From NCBI GenBank assembly GCA_946965045.2, contig OX337229.1:1426001-1490000 (forward strand): a DNA stretch of 64,000 bases, written 5' to 3'. Each line of letters opens with the position of its first letter. Within the stretch, counting starts at the first letter, position 1. The notes below the pieces were generated by a model, which did no database searches, was not told the origin of the DNA, and saw only the letters and a program-made list of their open reading frames with translations. Below are positions 23,961 through 34,655 of the stretch, one piece after another. Source of the DNA: Epithemia pelagica. Lineage: Eukaryota; Protista; Bacillariophyta. The position numbers were made by a program, and so were the translations under genes.

Positions 23961-24491
23961 GGGAGAAAGGTTTGTGTTGAAACATGCTTGTTCGGGTTCC
24001 CAGGTTGACTTACGCAAACAAATTTTTGAGGAGTGTACTTTGGAGTGTTCGATGTCTCCAGCTCCAGGGTCCCTCTATCTTCTACCTTATCTTGCTCATG
24101 GACAACGTCTGTGTTATGATGCAATGGTTGTCCCGCCGTTGTTATTTAGAGTCTAGAGCTAGTGTCGATGGCCCATGGGTATTGGAGCACTTTCATTTCC
24201 GGCGTCGCGGTCAGTCATTGAGTCTGGTAGAGCATCCACGCGGGACAACTACCAGATCGCGCACTTCCAAGAGAAGTACTCCTACTCCTATTTGATAGGA
24301 GTAGACTTGATACCGTGCTATCTATCAGACACGCTTATTGAGCGATAGGGTTTACTCCCTCGCTACTCTCGAGCGGAAGCAAAAAATGCAGCCGACAAGA
24401 CCCACCAATTCCCAGTCCCAAAACCGAACGCAACACGCCACCATAACGCAGCGACGTGCAGCGTTCGAAGCTCGAACTGAAGACTTCGACA

Positions 24492-26192
24492 ATGGACGGT
24501 AGCACCGGAGTAACCACACCCGATGGCGAGGCAACGCGACAGCAGACCGTATTCGTAAGTTGTGCAAATCGTGGTCATGGATCATGGGCGCAGTGTAGTG
24601 GACTCACATCTTACTTCTTACCGTTGACAGATCCGCCACCAGGCGGATTGTAGTGCGATGTCATGGGGCGACCGCATTCGGAGAAGATGGACGAAAAATC
24701 TGAAAGATCCCTCGTCGAAAGGGGCCTCTGAAGATGGGAAGAACGATGACGAAGACGGCCAAAAAGTTCAGTACCGTCTTGAGTCGACTGAAAAGCAGCA
24801 AAATAGAAGCTTCCTCAGTCAAGTAGTCAGTTGCTTTGGTGTCTGTGGACGGTCAACACGTGGATCAAGCTTGACGGTTGGTATCAATCCCAATCAAAGA
24901 CTGGCCATGTACCTGCACTGGATGTTCCGAGTCAACTTCATTTTCTTGTTCGCTGTAATGTGCACTATGTTTTTTGCCCTTGTGATTTTCTTCGCCGGTA
25001 TCATTGCTGCAGTTGGAAACATCGACAAGGAATGTGTCAGAATTGGAGACGAGAAGTTTGACTCCGCTGATACAGCCTTCGCTGACGCTTTTGCGCTCAG
25101 CTGGACGGTATGTACATGACCTCTCGATCACGGTTTTGTTCGGAAAACTCATAGTCTTGTGTATTTCAGACATTCAGTACGGTGGGCTACGGATCCACAT
25201 ACCCTGCGTTGGGTCATGAGAACACCAATCCTACAAACTGCTTTTTCATCAACTTTGTTTGCTCTCTTGAGTCTCTCGTCGGTGTCCTCTATTCGGGTTT
25301 CTGTGGTGCCATCCTCTTTGGAAAGGTGCTGCGTATTCAGAGTCATGCTCAAGTTCTGTTTAGTGACCCTCTAGTCATTCGCTACGGCACTGGTGTCACA
25401 CAAGGAATGAATGCAGGTGATGACAAGGACGAAGAGGAAGAAGATGATGAAGAGTCCGATATCAAAATCCCTTGCCCCGTCTTGGAGTTTCGAATTGTGA
25501 ACCGGCTGTACAACGAAGCAGGTGGAGAAATCATGGATGCAACTCTCAATTGTGTAGCCAATGTTGACTCCAACGATTTGGATCCAAACCAGGAGATGCT
25601 GACTGAGTCTGAACAAGCTCTAAGCTCACGCAGTGACACAGGGAGTGAAGGATCGAGTTCTGTTTTGGGCAGTGAACGCAGTGCAAACTCTGCTCTCCGC
25701 TTTCTCGATCCTTTCTTGAGATTTCACATTCGCCGCACGCAGCAAACTGTTGATGAGGATCCCTCTTCCCGTTTGGTCACCAAACACATATTTTCCAAGC
25801 TGCATATTGAGGCAAGTGATCATCCATTTTTCAAGCGGGTTTGGTTGGCTCGTCACACGCTTGACGAAGACTCCCCAATCCTCAAACCAAGGGTCCGTCG
25901 CCAGATCAGACGAAATGGTGGGTTTTGGCCTGCTCGTTTGAACAACTACGCGGCGATCCGTGAAAGTCTTAATTTCAATCAGATCTTGGTCAGTCTGAAC
26001 GGAGTATCCAATGTCTCCGCTTCAGATGTATATGCACAGAAAATTTACGATTTTGTTGACGTCAACATTGGATACCAGTTTGTCAACCTTCTTTACCGCG
26101 AATCAGACGGATCACTTGGCGTGGACACGGATCTTGTGAACGATGTCAGGGAGCAAAATGGCGGCGGAGGTGAACCGCTTTCGATCGATTGA
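24492..26192 (+). CDS. Inward-rectifier (Kir)-like potassium channel; introns near 24556..24630 and at 25108..25169
   Basis: Splicing gives the pore FADAFALSWT-TFSTVGYG, TM2 ESLVGVLYSGFCGAILFGKV and cytoplasmic PVLEFRIVN. Confidence 0.85.
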
Positions 26193-26375
26193 TGGACGTT
26201 TCTATCGATATCGCGTGTATTTTGTAACAGTATAGTTTTCTTCAGAAAGATTCCTACAAACTCTTGGATAAAGATCAGAAGATATATCGGAAGGCCTTCA
26301 CGATATCGAATGTTGCTCCTACAAACTTCTATTCATGAAGAAGGCTATGAGTATGAGTGGGACAACGACGAGTTA

Positions 26376-26887
26376 GGCCGTCCCTATAGCATCGACAAAA
26401 CCAAACCTGAAGCGTGACACGTCACTAAAAACCCGGAAATATGACGTCAAATCCGGGTTTTCTGTCATTTCAGGTTTTGCAACGACAAAAGCTGAGCGCA
26501 GGTTTTGTAATTTTTTTAACCCTCCAAACCAATTTTTACCATTAGGGATAATCCGAAATGACATTAGGGATAGTGTTTTATCTATGCTAGTGTATGTTTT
26601 CCTACAGAAATGACAAATGACGGTTACTATATGCGCGGCGCGCGTTCGACTTCAACGGTCACCCTAACCCCAATGAGGCTGCATGAAACATGCGGGCTTG
26701 ATGTCCTACTTTCAAAACTTTTAGTATTCAACTATTATAAGTGTATCTGGGGACTGTTGGGGGCCTTGTTGGGGGAATGCAGCGCGGAATCGGGTTTTGG
26801 TTTTGCCGGTGCTATTGGACGCCAAAACTGAATTTAGTGATGACGTCACGCTTCAGGTTTGGTTTTGTCAATGCTATAGGGATGGCC
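26376..26887. mobile_element. MITE-1, PIF/Harbinger (Tourist-like), 512 bp, TTA TSD
   Basis: TIR GGCCGTCCCTATAGCATCGACAAAACCAAACCTGAAGCGTGAC (from 26376) matches the reverse complement of the end at 26887 with 2 mismatches in 43 nt. TTA lies at 26373-75 and 26888-90. Confidence 0.88.
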
Positions 26888-26890
26888 TTA

Positions 26891-27580
26891 GGGGGTATGT
26901 TATCGGGCGCGCGGAGCATGGGCGGAGTATGGATATGGGGGGAGCAATGCATGCTCCCCGATGCATGCTCCGCGCGTCGATATTATCGGTGGGCGGATGT
27001 AGAGATGCGGAGCATGCGCGACGGGCGCGCTCAAAATCCCCGACCGTCACGGAAACGCGTATGGGTCGCCTTAAGTATGAAGAGCAAATTCAGGAAGACC
27101 ATGGCAAGCAAAGGGATGGTTTCCGGACACAATAATCATTCCCTTTATAGACTACTTATCATTTAGAGTATCCATTGTATATTTCACCTGTTGTTCTGTT
27201 GGCCCTACGAGCTCATGATGGAAAGACACGCCAATTTCCATGCTCTATGGAAACACAACCTCCTGGTGGATGGAAAAGACTCCGAAAGACCAAGGCAGCA
27301 ACAGTTGACCGACTATATGTACTTGTCTACAATACTAGTGCCTAGATAGACTCTGTCGTCTCTTTTGTCCATGATAAATCCATCATCGGAAGACTTCGAC
27401 TGTTCGACGCATTGAGTGTGTGGTGTGTGGGCGAGTGATTTTGCTTCCAACCTTGCTCCACCCGCACTCTTCCTCCGCATGTAAATTTTGCGGAGGAAAG
27501 CTCTATATCCGGGTTGGATTGGCCTTTCTCCGCCCATATCATGCTCCGCACATGCTCCGCGCGCCCGATAACATACCCCC
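26891..27580. mobile_element. MITE-2, PIF/Harbinger-type, 690 bp, TTA TSD
   Basis: Perfect 30-bp TIR GGGGGTATGTTATCGGGCGCGCGGAGCATG (26891-920 and 27551-580). TTA lies at 26888-90 and 27581-83. Subterminal GCGGAGCATG repeats are present. Confidence 0.9.
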
Positions 27581-27980
27581 TTAGAAGTGAGAACCTTTTG
27601 TCCTGCTGTCACACACGGGTCATCGAGCCGAATAGGTTGGTCGGCTGGCGACAGGGTATCTGGTGTCACGATTCACTTAATTCAATTTGCCGGTCGACGA
27701 TTTACCTACTCTGTTTGTTAAAGATGCGCCCCGGGCTTTCCCCCGTGATATTCCTTATTTAGGTCAGGCTCGCGTAGTGTATGCGTGTCTCGACAGTGGG
27801 ACATGGCATATTAGAGGCTATTCACCAGTTTAAATCGTAACCGTTGCTGGAATCGAACCCGCGGCCACATTTTGACATTTGGGACTTGGGACAGTGGACA
27901 GTGGACGAGAAATCGGAACTTCCCGTGTGATGCCGGTTGCCTGTGTCCAGTGTATTCGTATTTGATCTCCCTAAACAGAG

Positions 27981-29294
27981 ATGACCGAGAACAACTTCCC
28001 CGCAATGGATGCAGAGGTTCCCGTTGATGATGACGATAAAGCCTCTTTGACTTCCTCCGTCGCATCGATTCAAAGACACAGGCTGATATCAAAAGTGCTT
28101 TCTGGCCCTACCAACGGCCTCCACAACAGGTTCAAGAATGCTCGATCTCTTAAAGAGTATTACAATCGTCAAAAAGAAAGAGAGAAGAAGAGTACACCAA
28201 GTTCAAATGAAAACGAAGAAAATCCCGAAAATGAGAAGGAAACACCTAATGATCTTGAACAAATCGATAAACAAAGACTGTTCAAGGATGGTGAGGAAAG
28301 CAACGAATGCGACAATATGAAAGAGAACATGATTGAAAATCGAGTTTCTTCAAGTTTACGGGAAGGCCACATGCAAGTCAGTGGGGATCCTTCGGACAGA
28401 TCCAATGATAAACCTCAGTCAAGTGTTTCGTACATCCAACCTTTTCAATCCACCACAGAATTGGAACTCGAGGAAACACCTGCTCCACCACTCACAAATT
28501 CGAAGCCAAAAGTTAGAAAATCCGGTACTAGTAAACGACGTGGGGCGCTCACTGACACAGCAAGCCGAGGAGATCATTGTTCGAGAGAAGACAAGGAAAA
28601 TGATCATAGGACCAACAAATACGAAAGCAATAAGAAATCTAGCCGGGATGCGAGAAAAAGTTTCACCGATCGGACGGGTAGCGAAGGACGAAAGGGCAGC
28701 CGAAGAGGGATTTACGACATGTTCGGGGATGGAGCTTTTCTTTGGGGCATGTGTGGCCCAGTGCAAAATGCAGCCAAAAGCGCTGGGATGACAGCATGCC
28801 AAAGCACGTCATACGATGACATTGTTGAGTCGGGTTCAAGTACGGCAGAACAGGCCTTGCGTAGCGTAAGGTATCTGTCAGAACGATCCAGTGCACTTCA
28901 TCAGCAGATTTCACAGACATGGACTCAAGAATCCTTCGACAGCTACCTGGATTTTGTTGAACAGAACTTCCCCATGACAATGCAGACACAAAACTACGAA
29001 GAAAGCTTTACCTTAGACGCACGAAATCAGACAATGTCAACCACAGACACCGAGTCTAATCTGAGTCATCTAAATGAGTCGAACCTTTCAGAACGAGATA
29101 CAGCAGAGATAACAGTGGACTCGCTGGAGGCAGAAGCGGCTCCTCCAACTTGCAAGGCGAGCAGCACTGCCTCGTTTGAAGTTCCAAAGAAAGAGTTGAT
29201 TGAGTTAATGCATGCCACAGTCGCGCAACTTGTGACGAACAAGAACGACGAAAGTTTGAGAGAAACTGAACGCTCAATGGATTCAAACCAATAG
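27981..29294 (+). CDS. Hypothetical low-complexity protein
   Basis: 437-aa S/E/N-rich ORF with no recognised domain. Confidence 0.65.
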   Translation: MTENNFPAMDAEVPVDDDDKASLTSSVASIQRHRLISKVLSGPTNGLHNRFKNARSLKEYYNRQKEREKKSTPSSNENEENPENEKETPNDLEQIDKQRLFKDGEESNECDNMKENMIENRVSSSLREGHMQVSGDPSDRSNDKPQSSVSYIQPFQSTTELELEETPAPPLTNSKPKVRKSGTSKRRGALTDTASRGDHCSREDKENDHRTNKYESNKKSSRDARKSFTDRTGSEGRKGSRRGIYDMFGDGAFLWGMCGPVQNAAKSAGMTACQSTSYDDIVESGSSTAEQALRSVRYLSERSSALHQQISQTWTQESFDSYLDFVEQNFPMTMQTQNYEESFTLDARNQTMSTTDTESNLSHLNESNLSERDTAEITVDSLEAEAAPPTCKASSTASFEVPKKELIELMHATVAQLVTNKNDESLRETERSMDSNQ

Positions 29295-29521
29295 TGACGC
29301 TTTCCATGTTGTCACGTAGGTCCTTTAGAGAAATAACCTCAGGCCAAAGGAAAATGAAAGATCGCTGTATATCAACAATGGTGATCATAATATAATGTAC
29401 TAGTAGCTGTGCTCAGCACAAATTGCAGTTATTATTTGATTGTTCAAACTGGACCGCATCCCTCGATGTGAGCACAGTAGCCTTTACCGTACGAGGCGGC
29501 AAAAGGGGTAGGGCCAACGAA

Positions 29522-29964
29522 TCAAAGGATTTGAAGGAATTTTTTGGCTGATATCTCTCCGGTTGCATTCCCCACTTCCTGGAAAATCATTCTGAGGTCT
29601 CCAGTGTCGATCTGGTCGCCAACTCCAATGTTTGCCAAAACTTGTCGCATACCTTCAATCCGAACGCTTCCACCGTCCCCAGAAACATCAGACACACACG
29701 CGGCAGCGACGATATCCTTCTTGAAACGTGACGGCATTTCCCGGCTATAGCTAAAAGTGACAAAGGCAAGAATATGAGAAAGCGAGTTCTATGATAGCAA
29801 AAATCTTGCCACAAACCAAGATCAGGAGCCACGTACTGGCGTTGGCGGTATGTCTCTAGCACATCACGAAGCTTGTCAACGGCGTTGTTAGTTTGCGTCG
29901 AAAGTAAACGACAAACGGGCATGGCTGCCCCAGTGCGACCAGACAAAGCATAAAGTGAATTCAT
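29522..29964 (-). CDS. Small EF-hand-like protein with mitochondrial-type leader; one intron
   Basis: Exon 1 (..VLETYRQR) splices to YSREMPSRFKKDIV...MRQVLANIG...IFQEVG...ISAKKFLQIL. Confidence 0.6.
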
Positions 29965-30328
29965 GCTTCAAATGACATTGAAGTTTCGCTTTTCGTTTGA
30001 TTGGACTCCGTCGTTGATTCGATCCAACAACAAGTGTATTCAATGATTGGTAAGCAGAAAGCAGAATGAGAATTGAACAAAAGAAGAAATCGAGAGGGAA
30101 GTCTTTTGAGCGAGCAACAAGAAGATCGGTGTGTGACGCAGGAGGCGAAAGCGATCAGACACGTTTGTCCAGGTTTGACTGCAGCCCATAACCCCCAGCA
30201 TAGTTGAAGCAAGCGGGTACTTTCCCCCTCACAGTGGTACGTCAAAAACCGTCACTGTTTTCCTCTGATTTTGAGTCGCGTTTCTGGGTAGTGGACAGAA
30301 ACAGGACGTCACAAAGAATTCTGGTCTC

Positions 30329-32209
30329 ATGCCGTCATCGTCTCATCGTCATCCGATGCCAGGTTCCGCATTTTTCTGTTTGTTTTGGATCTTTTTTTGC
30401 GCGTTACCATGTCAACACTACGGTCAGCACCGTGTTCGACCAATTCTATTTCAGAGGAATCTATGCATGATGCCAGAAGTCACTCCAGTGCCTTGGATTG
30501 ATTCACTTGAATTTCGCACCGTGGGAAGATGCCTTCTCTCGGCTGTCCACATAGGACGAGATGACGAGTCCAAGACGTTGACGCCCCTCACGGTGGAGGA
30601 CGCACTAAAAAGAGCTGAAAGCTGGAAAGTACGCTCGATGCAACCACTTCCAGCGTCAGTGGAATCGACCATGGCACTGGCAATGGCTATATGGCGCGAC
30701 AAGGGAAATGGATATCCTTCATCTTCAACAGGTATCACCACCACGCCTTTTCTGTCCGAAGTGCGCATGATGTATTCATGCGCAATCATACGTGCAATCA
30801 ATGGTTTAGCCGACCCATTTCAACAAAACAGAGCAATGGTGGGAAGTGTAGCTCAGATATGTTCTCAGATTGGTGTTCCACTCTGGCTGGTCGACCTGCG
30901 GCACGAGGCAACCCACAATCAACTTCCATCTTTATCAGTGTTGCGTTCTGGCGCTATCACTCTTTTGAATTATCTTCAAAATGTGTACTGGGATCCCTTG
31001 GAACGCGTACAGAAAAGAGATCATGAAACAATCTGGAGATACCTAGATGATTATCTCGATGCTATGTCAAGAAGTTGTGGTGTAAAAGAAGAATTCGAAT
31101 TCATATTTAAATCAGAAGACACCGAAGTCCTTGCTGGCGTTGATAAAGGGGCTCTTGATGAGGAAGCTTCACCAAGCACGCAAGACTACTTTGACTATGG
31201 GAGTAGTTCTGGTGACGAAGTTCATGGCAGCACCTCATACATGCCTTCCCATGCTGTACGACTTGGCACTAACGCGAACATGTTCGCTGCCTTGATGGAC
31301 GAGAAAAAGTCAAAAAGGAAGAAGGAGGATCAAGAACAAACGTTGACATCGGAAAACAACAAAAATAGCTCAAGCAAAAGGCGAGCAAGTCATCCGCCTG
31401 AATTTTTCCTTGACCAGCTGTTCTCGTCCAAAATTATGCTTGACGCTGTTTGGCATGCTTTACTCTGCTATCTCTTGTATGGCTTTTCAGAAACAGACAG
31501 AGGTATCAGAGAACTTGGATACCTCGTACCATCTTCGGAAAGAGATTTCCCATGCACGAGAGATGGTACTGAGAAGATACGTCGACGTTTTTATCCACTT
31601 CTTTCACAGCTGGCCAAACAATGGCCCGGTTTTATTAACTGTCTTCTCATTCACATGGTTGACTGTCTTCTCAAGATTTCATCACAGTCTGAACAGGAAG
31701 GACGACAAAGAAATTTGTTCTTTCTCGAAGCATGGATCAAATACCTGTTGTCTCGCACGTTTACTTGCTTGTGTGGTGTTACATCATCGGAGCCTCCTCA
31801 TGGATCAAACGACACAGCTTCTGTTCAGGACCTATCACATTTTGGTTATCCTCTTAAGTGGCTTTGTGATCGGCTTGAAGCCTATGCCTCGTCTAATAAC
31901 GGGGATTTTTCGGTGCAAAGAATACACTCACTCTTTCGTTCCATTTTGGGCCAAGAACGAATTGTTAAAAATCCAGAAAGCAAACAGTCTGTAGCTGACA
32001 TTTCAGACACTCCTTGTGATGGCGGTATGTCCCTTAGTGAAATGGAGGCTATGTTGAGTGGCGATTCTATCGAAGCGGCTAGTCCTGCCTTGTCGAACCA
32101 AGATCTAGCGCTGAAAGGCGACGAAACAATACAAGATCGCTATGCATGGAAGAGATGTACGGAATGGGAGCCCTGTGCCATAGGGACTCTTCCTGGGTTT
32201 CCTGTGTGA
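30329..32209 (+). CDS. LAS1: LAS1-like HEPN endoribonuclease (pre-rRNA ITS2 processing); likely start MMPEVTPVPW near 30467
   Basis: YSCAIIRAINGLAD and LVDLRHEATHNQLPSL, containing the HEPN RxxxxH motif. Confidence 0.88.
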   Translation: MPSSSHRHPMPGSAFFCLFWIFFCALPCQHYGQHRVRPILFQRNLCMMPEVTPVPWIDSLEFRTVGRCLLSAVHIGRDDESKTLTPLTVEDALKRAESWKVRSMQPLPASVESTMALAMAIWRDKGNGYPSSSTGITTTPFLSEVRMMYSCAIIRAINGLADPFQQNRAMVGSVAQICSQIGVPLWLVDLRHEATHNQLPSLSVLRSGAITLLNYLQNVYWDPLERVQKRDHETIWRYLDDYLDAMSRSCGVKEEFEFIFKSEDTEVLAGVDKGALDEEASPSTQDYFDYGSSSGDEVHGSTSYMPSHAVRLGTNANMFAALMDEKKSKRKKEDQEQTLTSENNKNSSSKRRASHPPEFFLDQLFSSKIMLDAVWHALLCYLLYGFSETDRGIRELGYLVPSSERDFPCTRDGTEKIRRRFYPLLSQLAKQWPGFINCLLIHMVDCLLKISSQSEQEGRQRNLFFLEAWIKYLLSRTFTCLCGVTSSEPPHGSNDTASVQDLSHFGYPLKWLCDRLEAYASSNNGDFSVQRIHSLFRSILGQERIVKNPESKQSVADISDTPCDGGMSLSEMEAMLSGDSIEAASPALSNQDLALKGDETIQDRYAWKRCTEWEPCAIGTLPGFPV

Positions 32210-32401
32210 AATGAATGGATGATTGGAGTTTGTGGCGTTAGGTTCATTAATGGGTGGTAAGCGAGGGACTGGAAAGCATAGTTTTGTACAGTTCGAGTCT
32301 GTGTTGCGGTCGCTCGGAGTGCGATTGAAAAAGTATTGGTGCACGTTTCACCATGAGAATCCACGAAGAAACATAATGAGCCTAATGTACACCTGAATAC
32401 C

Positions 32402-33289
32402 ATGAACAAGAAGAATGAGATTGAAAACACACCAATATCCAACTCTTCTAATGGAGGTAACGAGTCGTTCGATAGAGACGCTGGCATTGCGATGCCTGAC
32501 GAGGTGCGAATCATTCGGAAGCACGATTTAACGGAACACAGTGACTCCGCTAATCTTTTGCCTCCGCCACAGGACAAAGGAGATTTATCGGAAGCACAGA
32601 TGGACCGTGATGAGAATGAATCATTTGAATTTGATGGCTTTGAACTTTTTCCAGGGGGGTCGCCAATCGATCCATCCGATGTTTGTCTTCGTCCAGCCGT
32701 GGAGATCGATGTCTCTGTCGGTGTGGAGTCGGACCGTTCTGATTTCAAATCAAGCAGTGGCTTCGAGGAAGAACAGGAATTCGCTGAAAGCAACGCTTGC
32801 GAGGACGAGAGATTGACGAGGATAACGGCACAGTACGAGCTTACCCCAGGGCGACGCCGTCGCTTGCGAACACAGCTATCCGATGTCGATGTTGTTTGTG
32901 GACGTGGCGAATTGGCAAATCAACATGAAGGAAACGTGCTATTTCGAGAGGAACGTGAAAGGCTAAACGGGGAGTATAGGGCAAGATCTCGCGATAGACG
33001 AGTAAGTATTGCGATCCAGATGGCCAGATCGGTTCATGAGCGGGGTGGGTCCTTCCTCAGAAAGAATGATCAGGGGACATGGGACGAAATTCCTGACCGG
33101 GAAGCAGTGAGAAAATGTCAACATGCCCTCAGAGAGAAAAAGAAGCTTGCAGGAAAAAGGAAGCGGACGCAACAATCTAAAAACAACTCTGATGATAAGA
33201 AACCACCCCCTCATGAAGGCGGAGATGACAAAAAACCTCCGCCAGCTTCCAGTGGGGATATGTCTTCACCGTCGATCTTCTCTGTTTAA
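32402..33289 (+). CDS. DUF6824-domain protein
   Basis: DVVCGRG...HEGNVLFR...GGSFL...W.EI.D..AVRKCQHALRE. Confidence 0.85.
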   Translation: MNKKNEIENTPISNSSNGGNESFDRDAGIAMPDEVRIIRKHDLTEHSDSANLLPPPQDKGDLSEAQMDRDENESFEFDGFELFPGGSPIDPSDVCLRPAVEIDVSVGVESDRSDFKSSSGFEEEQEFAESNACEDERLTRITAQYELTPGRRRRLRTQLSDVDVVCGRGELANQHEGNVLFREERERLNGEYRARSRDRRVSIAIQMARSVHERGGSFLRKNDQGTWDEIPDREAVRKCQHALREKKKLAGKRKRTQQSKNNSDDKKPPPHEGGDDKKPPPASSGDMSSPSIFSV

Positions 33290-33386
33290 AGTGTAGCTTA
33301 CAAATGTTCCCCATGGTGGCAACTTACGATCACCAGGATAGTAGTCAAAAATCAGATATCTTTTAGCAATTTACATTCTTCATCTT

Positions 33387-34583
33387 CTACACAATGACAT
33401 TCTCTAACTTGAGCCTCAGCACTTGGTCTGCCGAAAGCTGCACATCGTATCGACCAGATTCGCGATTCCAAGATTTAATGGTTCCAAGTCGCCCATTCAA
33501 TTCTGGTTTAGAAAGAAGTCCAATAATATGGCCCACAGTCCCATTCTCTAGAACCACATTGGCCGGTTTGAGACTGACCACTTTGGACAGGTCCATGATG
33601 TAAATGCTGTATCTTTCTTTATGTCCATTCCACGAAATAACAGTCCCTTTCCTCCCATTCAGATCAGGTTGACTTTCTATACCTTGAAGCACGACATGAA
33701 CATGTTGCAGTAAATTCGATGGTTTGACTCGCAGTTGCTCATCTCCATCCTCTAGCATAATTGTGTATCTTCCAGACTGAGGATCGTACCCGATAATCTC
33801 TCCTCGATCTCCATTTCGTTCTGGTTTGCTCACCAACCCTTTCAGAGAAACAATTGTTCCATTTGGAATGGCATCATATCGTTTACGAGCCGGTCTTTGA
33901 CTGGCGAATGGTGAAGACGCTGATCCTCCCGGAAAACCACCCATGCTTCCACCCGGCATTCCACCCATGCTTCCACCAGGCATTCCACCTCCAAACATCA
34001 TGAATGGATCCATGCCACCACTGGGTCCTCCACCCATATTGAAAGAAATGTTTGGTGTACCACCTCGCTGTCGCCTGCCGCCTCCGAAACTGGAACCGAA
34101 AGGATCAGCTCCTCCGAAAATATGTGAAAACAATAAATCGGCCTCTTCCTGACTCATATGCATTCCTCCTCCAGGACCTCCTCTTGAAAAATTCATTCCT
34201 GGTCCTCCCGCACCTGGGAAATGGGAAGCCCCATTCTCCCCCATTTGATCAGCATGGTCGACACCATCTTTCCCGTATTGATCATATATCTTCCGCTTCT
34301 TAGGGTCTGACAGTGTTGCGTACGCTTCTGATATTTTTTGGAAATTTTTTGTTGCCTCTTCGCTGTCGGGATTCTTATCCGGATGCCACTGAAATAAAAT
34401 AACAACAACAACAAGACGAGGATGAGACAATGTACAACAAATGGCGAATCCGAGCGACGTACTTATGCATTGACCCACCTTCACAGCAAGTTTCCGATAT
34501 GCTTTCTTCAGCTCATCATCACTCGCATTTCGCGGACATCCAAGTATTTGATAGTATTCATCTGATTGCAAGTTTGGCGGCAT
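33387..34583 (-). CDS. DnaJ/Hsp40 J-domain protein; one intron
   Basis: YYQILG...[19 protein letters not shown]-rich linker, and three C-terminal GLxSKPxxNG repeats. Confidence 0.92.
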   Translation of the reverse strand: MPPNLQSDEYYQILGCPRNASDDELKKAYRKLAVKVGQCISTSLGFAICCTLSHPRLVVVVILFQWHPDKNPDSEEATKNFQKISEAYATLSDPKKRKIYDQYGKDGVDHADQMGENGASHFPGAGGPGMNFSRGGPGGGMHMSQEEADLLFSHIFGGADPFGSSFGGGRRQRGGTPNISFNMGGGPSGGMDPFMMFGGGMPGGSMGGMPGGSMGGFPGGSASSPFASQRPARKRYDAIPNGTIVSLKGLVSKPERNGDRGEIIGYDPQSGRYTIMLEDGDEQLRVKPSNLLQHVHVVLQGIESQPDLNGRKGTVISWNGHKERYSIYIMDLSKVVSLKPANVVLENGTVGHIIGLLSKPELNGRLGTIKSWNRESGRYDVQLSADQVLRLKLENVIV

Positions 34584-34655
34584 TGTCTCCTCTATCGTGT
34601 TTTCGGTTTCGTGTTTTTAAGTTTTTTTGTGGTCTAGAATAGGTTATGGGTGTGA

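Noticed and set aside
1113-32209. Apparent clustering of RNA/ribosome-related genes (JMJD4, S1, RPB3, UTP12, LAS1)
   Set aside because: They are interspersed with unrelated genes on mixed strands, as expected in a compact genome.
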